From positions 173,060 through 237,059 of the forward strand of contig CAYQPN010000001.1 in the NCBI GenBank assembly GCA_964419675.1: a DNA stretch of 64,000 bases. The letters are read 5' to 3'. This document shows, in pieces, positions 8,551 through 15,671 of the stretch. Below the pieces are notes generated by a model, which was given only the letters and a program-made list of their open reading frames with translations, was not told the origin of the DNA and did not search any database. Origin of the DNA: an uncultured Candidatus Saccharibacteria bacterium. GTDB lineage: Bacteria > Patescibacteriota > Saccharimonadia > Saccharimonadales > SZUA-47. How positions within the stretch are numbered: position 1 is the first letter of the stretch; every line of letters starts with the position of its first letter. A program made the position numbers and the translations under genes.

Positions 8551-9780
8551 ATGGATTTTGATGTAAAACAACTAGCAGGTGCGATGAGACTCATCGCCGA
8601 AGAAAAAAACTTGCCCGAAGAAACAGTTCAAGAAATAGTAGAATCAGCCCTGGGTGCAGCATATAAAAGAGACTACGGAGACAGAGAACAAGAAGTTAGA
8701 GTCTCTGTAAACTTATCTACTGGTGCGGTTGACGTATATGTACAAAAAGAAGTAGTAGAGACAGTCGGTGACGGTAATTTCGAGATTTCTTTAGTTGATG
8801 CTAAAAAACTTAAGAAAGAAGCTAAGATTGGTGATTTGTTAGAACAATTTGTAGAAGTTAAGGTTTTCGGCCGTGTTGCAGCACAAACAGCAAAACAAGT
8901 TATCATGCAACGCTTGCGTGAAGCAGAACGTGAAATCGTTATGGCTGAATATGAAGACAAAATAGGATCTGTAGTTAATGCTGTAGTTACAAGAATTGAA
9001 TCAAGAATTGTGCGTTTAGAGCTTGGAAAGGCTCAAGCTATCATGCCTGCTAGCGAACAGAGTCAGACAGAACGGTATTTCCCAGGTCAAAGAATAAAGG
9101 TTTTTTTGAAAGATATAGAAAAAAGTTTTCGTGGTCCTCAACTTGTTGTATCTAGGGCAAGCGCCGAGCTTGTACGGGTATTGTTCCAGGCTGAAGTTCC
9201 TGAAATGGAAAATGGAGCTGTAGAAATTAAGAATATTGCAAGAGATGCCGGAGTAAGGACAAAATTAGCAGTTAGCTCAACAGTCCAAGGAGTAGATCCA
9301 GTTGGTACTTTTGTTGGAGGTCACGGTACGCGTGTTAACGCAATCGTTAACGAAATTGGCGACCAAGAAAAAATTGACATTGTTGTCTGGGATGCCATTC
9401 CTGAAGTGTATGTGGCCAACGCACTTAGCCCTACCAAAGTTATAAAAGTGGTTATTGACGCAGACGGTAAGCGAGCAAGAGTAATTGTTCCAGAAGATCA
9501 ATTAAGTATTGCGATTGGTAAGGGTGGTCAGAATGTTAGGCTTGCCAGCAGACTAACAGGACTTGAGCTGGATATTGAGGCAGATAAAGGTGGAGAGCAG
9601 ACTGAAGATTCAGGGGCGAAGATTGAAAATACGCAAAAACCAGAAGGTAAACCTAAAGTAAAAGTAGCAGAAGGCAAAAAAGCAGTAGAAACTGTTGATA
9701 CTGCCCAAAAGCCAAAGCTAAAACGTAAAAGCGACCTAGAAAACAGCCTACTCTCAGCGATAGACGAACACGGAGAATAA
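8551..9780 (+). CDS. nusA: Transcription termination/antitermination factor NusA with Lys-rich C-terminal tail
   Basis: NusA N-terminal, S1 and KH regions (LIAEEKNLPEETV..., SIAIGKGGQNVRLASRLTG). I prefer ATG 8551 (MDFDVKQL) to the TTG at 8524 used in the ORF track. Confidence 0.9.
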   Translation: MDFDVKQLAGAMRLIAEEKNLPEETVQEIVESALGAAYKRDYGDREQEVRVSVNLSTGAVDVYVQKEVVETVGDGNFEISLVDAKKLKKEAKIGDLLEQFVEVKVFGRVAAQTAKQVIMQRLREAEREIVMAEYEDKIGSVVNAVVTRIESRIVRLELGKAQAIMPASEQSQTERYFPGQRIKVFLKDIEKSFRGPQLVVSRASAELVRVLFQAEVPEMENGAVEIKNIARDAGVRTKLAVSSTVQGVDPVGTFVGGHGTRVNAIVNEIGDQEKIDIVVWDAIPEVYVANALSPTKVIKVVIDADGKRARVIVPEDQLSIAIGKGGQNVRLASRLTGLELDIEADKGGEQTEDSGAKIENTQKPEGKPKVKVAEGKKAVETVDTAQKPKLKRKSDLENSLLSAIDEHGE

Positions 9781-9841
9781 AAACCGCTATTGCTTTGAAT
9801 CTTAGCCCAGTTAGATTATATTAATCCTAATAAGGAGTAAT

Positions 9842-10369
9842 ATGTCCAAGAATCGAAGTGGAACTAGAAAAGTTTTTCAAGGTGGTGCGTTAGCTGGCGT
9901 CGGCACAGACCAGCTGTATGGTGGAGGTTATCGTCATCAAACACCTCAGAAACCCGCGCAACTAGTGGAGGCTGTAATTAGAGGATTCAAAAATAGCGAC
10001 AGAGTGACAAGCGGTGTCAAAGATTTAAGTAGGCGAATACTAACAGTTTGGTCAAATGATTCAACTCCGGTTAGAAGTCGTGATTTTTGGATAATGCACG
10101 ATAGTGAAAGAGCACTCACATCATATGTACACGCGTTCGCTCTAGGTTCTCCAGCCCTAGCCTATTGCTCTGTCGTTGACTCAAATAATCAACCTATTGC
10201 CACAGGAGATTTATTTAATCCGGATAGGCACAGTGCTAGTCTCTTGGCAGGAGTTGGCTTAGTTGAAGTTTTAGGTGGGAAAGAACAGTTTGCTGCTTAT
10301 GAAGCTCAAAGACTAGAGGAACAATCTTATGCTGCCTTATATACTAGGCGGAGACAGTGGGATTGGTGA
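9842..10369 (+). CDS. Hypothetical protein, 175 aa, Arg/Gly/Ala-rich and Lys-poor; no family recognised
   Basis: ORF with a good AAGGAG Shine-Dalgarno 7 nt upstream of the ATG. By my count it has 15 R and 6 K. It occupies the position where ylxR/infB normally follow nusA. Confidence 0.5.
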   Translation: MSKNRSGTRKVFQGGALAGVGTDQLYGGGYRHQTPQKPAQLVEAVIRGFKNSDRVTSGVKDLSRRILTVWSNDSTPVRSRDFWIMHDSERALTSYVHAFALGSPALAYCSVVDSNNQPIATGDLFNPDRHSASLLAGVGLVEVLGGKEQFAAYEAQRLEEQSYAALYTRRRQWDW

Positions 10370-10491
10370 TTTTTGTAAGTTATCAAACAAGAAGAAATGT
10401 GAGTAGAAATTTATAATTTTAGAATTTTTAGCATAACTACTTTTTCAGCTAATCTAAATATGCTATGTTAGTGTTTAAATAAGGAGATTAT

Positions 10492-10725
10492 ATGACCGAT
10501 AGAGACCGTGATTACTTTTTGCCTGAGGCTGAAGAAGAAATAGAAGAAGTAAGTGAGTTAGGACCCGAACCAGATGTCCGTGACGTAGAAATATCCGGTG
10601 GCGCAACTCTGGCTATCTCACTAGGTCCCGATGTACAGAGAGATTTAGATTTTGCCCGGGCTCGAGCGTTCGATGCTAACTCCCATGATGCTGATTTTCA
10701 ATTTCCAATACCAACGAACAGGTAA
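10492..10725 (+). CDS. Hypothetical small acidic protein, 77 aa, no lysine
   Basis: AAGGAG Shine-Dalgarno 7 nt upstream. By my count it has 20 D/E and 0 K. Its stop codon abuts CIRCE. Confidence 0.45.
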   Translation: MTDRDRDYFLPEAEEEIEEVSELGPEPDVRDVEISGGATLAISLGPDVQRDLDFARARAFDANSHDADFQFPIPTNR

Positions 10726-10752
10726 TTAGCACTCGGACTTGACGAGTGCTAA
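10726..10752. promoter_or_regulatory. CIRCE (HrcA operator) TTAGCACTC-N9-GAGTGCTAA upstream of clpC
   Basis: Exact match to the CIRCE consensus. TTGACG (10739-10744) inside the element and TATACT at 10763-10768 form an overlapping promoter. Confidence 0.8.
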
Positions 10753-10826
10753 TTTGGGTGTGTATACTTTTAGTTATTGATTAAGTTCAATAGCCTATAA
10801 TTAAAACAGACGGGGTTTCGCATAAT

Positions 10827-13304
10827 ATGAATCCAAACGATGATTTTCAAGAATTCTTACATAATCTAACAGATAACGCACTGCAGAGCCTTAAGCATGC
10901 TGACGCTATTGCTAGGGCCGCTGGTAGTGCATTTGTGGGTACAGAACATATGCTTCTGGGTGTACTTGCTCAGCAGAGTTCTGTCGGGGCAAAGTTATTG
11001 AATGAAAATGGTATAACTCTTGACCGCGCTAGATTAGCCATGAATCTTAAACCGCAAACAATAGTTATGAGTATGGGTGCAAAAGGCTTAAGTGAAGCAG
11101 CTAAATTAACATTAAGAATGAGCTGGGAAATCGCTCAAGAATATGGCCAAGAAATGTGTGGTACGGAACATATTATCTACAGTATATTGAGCCAAAAGAA
11201 TGCTTCTGCAACTGTTTTATTAAAAAACATGAATGTATCAACAGAAGATGTTTTAACTGATTTAATGCATTTATTGAACCGACAAAGCTATGAGAGTAGC
11301 GACCCAACCAAAACAAGGCGCCGTAAAGGTAAAAAGACGCTTCTGGACCAGTACAGCACTGATTTAACAGTGCAAGCCAGAGAAGGCAAGCTTGACCCAG
11401 TTGTGGGCAGAGAAATGCAGATTAGACGCCTTGTTACAATTTTAAATAGAAGAACAAAAAATAATCCTGTGCTAATTGGTGAACCTGGTGTAGGTAAAAC
11501 TGCGATTGTGGAGGGCGTGGCTCAGCGTATTGCTAACGACGACGTACCTGACGCATTAATTGATAAGCGAATAGTGATGCTTGATTTAGCAGCGATGATT
11601 GCCGGCACTAAATATCGCGGTGAGTTTGAAGATAGATTAAAAAAAGTCATGAAAGAACTTGAAGCTGACGATAAAACTGTAGTATTTATTGACGAGGTGC
11701 ATCAACTTGTAGGTGCTGGATCTGCTGAAGGCTCTATGGATGCCGGAAATATTCTAAAGCCAGCTCTTGCCCGCGGTAAAATTCAGATGATAGGCGCAAC
11801 AACCACAAACGAGTATACAAAGCATATTGAAAAAGATGCAGCGTTAGAGAGACGTCTGCAGCCAATTATGGTGCCAGAATCAACTGAACAGGAGACTCTA
11901 GCGATTTTACGGGGCTTAAAAAAACATTACGAAGACTTTCATTCTGTAACAATTAGCGACGAGGTTCTTATTGATACAGTTCACCTAGCAGGTCGCTACA
12001 TTCAAGATAGATTTATGCCAGATAAGGCGATAGATTTATTAGACGAGACAGCAGCACATTTGCGTGTTGACAAGGGTAAGACTCCACCTAGGATGCGTGA
12101 ACTTCAAAAAGAAATTAAACTTGTGCAACTGAGAATTGACGAAGCTGTTGATGCTGAAGATTACGAAAGAGCTGCTAAAGAAAAACAAAGAGAAAGTCAG
12201 ATTCAAGCTGAACTGACTGATTTAGCTAAGAACAGCAAAGGTGCTAAAAGATTAAAGATGAGCAGTGAAGATATTTCTGACACTGTATCCCGAATGACCG
12301 GTGTGCCTGTTAGTAAGGTTATACGCTCAGAAGTTTCATACCTCCAGAATCTTGAAGTTAACTTGGCTAAACACGTTCTAGGCCAAACTGAAGCAGTTAC
12401 GGCCGTCGCAAAAGCGGTTAGGCGCAGTAGAAGTGGCGTGAGTAGCGAAAAACGCCCAATCGGTTCGTTCATATTCATGGGTCCAACAGGTGTTGGTAAG
12501 ACTGAACTCGCAAGGGTATTGGCTGCAGAGTTTTTTGGAAACAAAGATGCGCTAATTAAGATCGATATGAGCGAATTTGCAGAAAGACACACGACGTCTA
12601 GGCTTGTAGGTGCGCCAGCTGGATATGTTGGATACGATGACGGTGGTCAATTAACTGATAAAATTCGCCGTCAACCGTATAGCGTCGTACTATTTGATGA
12701 GATAGAAAAAGCTCACCCTGATGTATTCAATATGCTCCTTCAACTACTAGAAGATGGTGTAATTAGTGACGCTAAGGGCCGCAAGGTAGATTTTAGTAAC
12801 ACAATAATTATTATGACCAGCAATATTGGTGCCGCCAAACTACAAAAAGAAGCAAAACTAGGGTTTAATGCCGATAAAGAAAAAGATTTTGCAAACCTTG
12901 ACGAAATTCATGAAAAAAATCAAGAAGAAGTTCGGGCAGAACTTAAAAAAATGATGAAGCCCGAACTTCTGAATAGAATTGATAAAATTATCGTTTTTAG
13001 GGCAATTACGAAGCCTGATGCTATAAAGATTGTCGAACTTCAACTAGATGAACTCAGAAATCGATTGGTACGCAAAGGAATTAGCATTCAAGCAAGCAAG
13101 GCTGCAAAAGAATATTTGGTTGAAAAAGGATATGATGACAAAAATGGTGCTCGACCACTAAGACGATTAATTCAAGATGAAATTGAAAATTATTTAGCTG
13201 ATCAGTTGATTGCTGACAAACTTGCCAAAGGTTCTGTAGTTAAAGTTGACGCAAAAAGTAATAAGTTAGTATTTTCAAACGTTGCTGAATCTGTCAGTAA
13301 ATAA
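10827..13304 (+). CDS. clpC: ATP-dependent Clp protease ATP-binding subunit ClpC
   Basis: 825 aa with Clp_N repeats, two AAA+ modules (GEPGVGKT, GPTGVGKT), a UVR-like linker (DYERAAKEKQRE) and a ClpB_D2-small C-terminus. Confidence 0.9.
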   Translation: MNPNDDFQEFLHNLTDNALQSLKHADAIARAAGSAFVGTEHMLLGVLAQQSSVGAKLLNENGITLDRARLAMNLKPQTIVMSMGAKGLSEAAKLTLRMSWEIAQEYGQEMCGTEHIIYSILSQKNASATVLLKNMNVSTEDVLTDLMHLLNRQSYESSDPTKTRRRKGKKTLLDQYSTDLTVQAREGKLDPVVGREMQIRRLVTILNRRTKNNPVLIGEPGVGKTAIVEGVAQRIANDDVPDALIDKRIVMLDLAAMIAGTKYRGEFEDRLKKVMKELEADDKTVVFIDEVHQLVGAGSAEGSMDAGNILKPALARGKIQMIGATTTNEYTKHIEKDAALERRLQPIMVPESTEQETLAILRGLKKHYEDFHSVTISDEVLIDTVHLAGRYIQDRFMPDKAIDLLDETAAHLRVDKGKTPPRMRELQKEIKLVQLRIDEAVDAEDYERAAKEKQRESQIQAELTDLAKNSKGAKRLKMSSEDISDTVSRMTGVPVSKVIRSEVSYLQNLEVNLAKHVLGQTEAVTAVAKAVRRSRSGVSSEKRPIGSFIFMGPTGVGKTELARVLAAEFFGNKDALIKIDMSEFAERHTTSRLVGAPAGYVGYDDGGQLTDKIRRQPYSVVLFDEIEKAHPDVFNMLLQLLEDGVISDAKGRKVDFSNTIIIMTSNIGAAKLQKEAKLGFNADKEKDFANLDEIHEKNQEEVRAELKKMMKPELLNRIDKIIVFRAITKPDAIKIVELQLDELRNRLVRKGISIQASKAAKEYLVEKGYDDKNGARPLRRLIQDEIENYLADQLIADKLAKGSVVKVDAKSNKLVFSNVAESVSK

Positions 13305-13329
13305 TTCAAAAATCTTGTAATATAGAGTA

Positions 13330-14289
13330 GTGAAAATTCTTAAAAAGCTAAGTATTTTGGTTTTGGCCTTTTCGCCGGCCATTGGCGTTTATTTATTGTT
13401 TGCAAATAGCCAAAATATTGTTGACTGGTGGCGTTTGCAAAGCTATGAACCTAGCGACGCAATTGTAAGCCTTGCGGACACATCTTCATTTAATACTCAG
13501 GGCAGGAAACTTTTTTACATTTATGATCCCGGTTTTCTAAAAAAAGAAGATTTTGCCGGTAAATGCCAAATAGATGAGGCTACAATTGTTCTAGGCTGTT
13601 ATGTTAACTCAAATAAGATTTATGTACTTGATGTAGAAGATGACCGACTGGCAGGTGTCGAACAAGTAACAGCGGCCCATGAAATGCTACACGCTGCTTA
13701 CGACCGACTATCAAGTCAAGAAAAGAAAGACATTGATGCAGAACTGGGGGCAGTGTTTGCTAGCATAAAAGACCAGCGTCTGATAAGTACGATAGAAGAT
13801 TACCAAGCTCGTGATCCTAGCTTGGTTCCGAATGAGCTACATTCTATTATTGGGACAGAAGTAGCAAATCTGCCTGTCAGCCTAGAACAGTATTACTCCA
13901 AATATTTTATAGATAGACAATCGGTAGTGAAAAAGTCTGAAGCCTATGAAGGCGAGTTCACAAAACGTGAAAACCAGATTAAAGAGTACGATAGCCAACT
14001 CGCAAAACTAAAAGAGAAGCTAGACTCTCAGGAATTGTATCTCCAAGCTTTGCAACAAGATTTACAGCTAGAATCTGATAACCTGAACTCTAAAAGGGAC
14101 AATCCACAACAATTTAACAGCTTAGTAGATAGTTACAATGCAAAAGTTAAACAATACAATTCACTAGTAAATAAAGCTAAAAAATTAACCGAAGAATACA
14201 ACAGCATTGTTGAGCTAAGGAATTTGATAGCAGTTCAGCAACAGGAATTGCTTAGCGCAATTGATACACGGTTGCTTGAAACTCAGTAA
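13330..14289 (+). CDS. Membrane-anchored hypothetical protein with HExxH motif and C-terminal coiled coil
   Basis: GTG start, an N-terminal TM helix (LSILVLAFSPAIGVYLLF), AAHEMLHAAY, and a Q/L/K/E-rich heptad-like C-terminal third. Confidence 0.6.
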   Translation: MKILKKLSILVLAFSPAIGVYLLFANSQNIVDWWRLQSYEPSDAIVSLADTSSFNTQGRKLFYIYDPGFLKKEDFAGKCQIDEATIVLGCYVNSNKIYVLDVEDDRLAGVEQVTAAHEMLHAAYDRLSSQEKKDIDAELGAVFASIKDQRLISTIEDYQARDPSLVPNELHSIIGTEVANLPVSLEQYYSKYFIDRQSVVKKSEAYEGEFTKRENQIKEYDSQLAKLKEKLDSQELYLQALQQDLQLESDNLNSKRDNPQQFNSLVDSYNAKVKQYNSLVNKAKKLTEEYNSIVELRNLIAVQQQELLSAIDTRLLETQ

Positions 14290-14310
14290 AACACTAAACT
14301 AATAGATAAT

Positions 14311-15660
14311 ATGGGTAAAAAATCAGCACTTAGGTATGTCTGCAATAATTGTGGCGCAGTTCATATGTCATGGAGTGGCAAATGTAGTTCGTGCGACGCT
14401 TGGAATAGTATAGAAGAAATGCTAGATACCAGTAACGAAAAGGTGCTTCATTCTGGTAGAAAACTGGAAACAACAACTGTTGATAAGATAGTTAAAAGGG
14501 ACACAGTTAAGCGGATTGCAACAAAAGATTTACAACTAGATCTTGTATTAGGAGGTGGTTTTGTACCCGGAAGTGTTGTTTTGCTGGCAGGTCAACCTGG
14601 GATAGGGAAGAGTACTTTGCTTTTGCAAATAGCCCACGCTGTATCTGAGTCAGAAAATGTTTTATATATAAGCGGAGAGGAATCAGCTCATCAGGTAGCC
14701 TCTAGAGCTTCGAGACTCAAAACAGTAAACGATAAATTGAAACTAGCTTCCAGCACCGTTGCTGATGATATTGCAAGAACCATCACTGAAGAGAGTTTTG
14801 CGCTTGTTATAGTAGATTCAATTCAAACAATCACGGTTGAGGCGATTGCCTCAGCTGCAGGAACTGTTAGTCAGATTACAAATAGTACCCAACTGTTAAC
14901 TAAGGCTGCTAAAGCTAGTAACACAGTGCTAGTACTAGTTGGACATGTTACAAAAGAAGGCTCGATTGCCGGGCCAAAGGTTTTGGAACACAGCGTTGAT
15001 ACAGTCTTACAAATTGAAGGTGACCGTTATGGTGGTTTTAAAGTTTTAAGATCGATTAAAAATCGTTATGGTTCCACAAACGAAGCAGGTATTTATGAGA
15101 TGGAAGAAGGTGGTTTAAAACCTGTCTTAAACCCATCAGCAGCATTACTAGCTGAGCGACAAATTGTTGATGGTTCGGTTGTGTTGGCAACAATGGAAGG
15201 ATCTATGCCCGTTTTGGTTGAGATTCAAGCCTTAGTAAATAAGACTAGCTACGGTTATCCAAAGCGTGCTGCAAGCGGCTTTGACCTTAATAGGCTTAAT
15301 CTATTGGTCGCCATGTTAGAACGGCGCACAAAGCTAGTTTTGAACGATAAAGACATATATATTAATGTTGTAGGTGGTATTAGTGTCAATGAACCCGCTT
15401 CTGACCTAGCGATATGTATGGCTGTAGGCTCTGCCACAAAAGGTTTGAAACTGAAAAAAAATGCTGTTGTGTTTGGTGAGCTTGGCTTATCCGGCGAGGT
15501 TAGGCATGTCCCACATATCGACAAAAGAATAGCTGAAGCCAAAAAACTGGGTTTTGAAGCTGCCATAGGCCCACCCCTGAAAAGCAAACAAAAAATAGAT
15601 ATATTAACTAGTGTTGCTGACGTTCGAACTGCGTTAAATACATTCTTAGAGAAAGAGTAG
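14311..15660 (+). CDS. radA: DNA repair protein RadA/Sms
   Basis: C4 zinc finger (CNNCG...CSSCDAW), Walker A GQPGIGKST, the KNRYG (KNRFG-type) motif and a Lon-like C-terminal domain. Confidence 0.9.
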   Translation: MGKKSALRYVCNNCGAVHMSWSGKCSSCDAWNSIEEMLDTSNEKVLHSGRKLETTTVDKIVKRDTVKRIATKDLQLDLVLGGGFVPGSVVLLAGQPGIGKSTLLLQIAHAVSESENVLYISGEESAHQVASRASRLKTVNDKLKLASSTVADDIARTITEESFALVIVDSIQTITVEAIASAAGTVSQITNSTQLLTKAAKASNTVLVLVGHVTKEGSIAGPKVLEHSVDTVLQIEGDRYGGFKVLRSIKNRYGSTNEAGIYEMEEGGLKPVLNPSAALLAERQIVDGSVVLATMEGSMPVLVEIQALVNKTSYGYPKRAASGFDLNRLNLLVAMLERRTKLVLNDKDIYINVVGGISVNEPASDLAICMAVGSATKGLKLKKNAVVFGELGLSGEVRHVPHIDKRIAEAKKLGFEAAIGPPLKSKQKIDILTSVADVRTALNTFLEKE

Positions 15661-15671
15661 AGTTTCTCTAA

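Noticed and set aside
12203-12592. Numerous antisense or overlapping ORFs inside conserved genes, for example 12203-12592, 38567-39004, 48431-48784 and 35571-35888.
   Set aside because: These are shadow ORFs opposite strongly conserved coding sequence, with low-complexity or Ser/Leu-rich translations and no independent signals.
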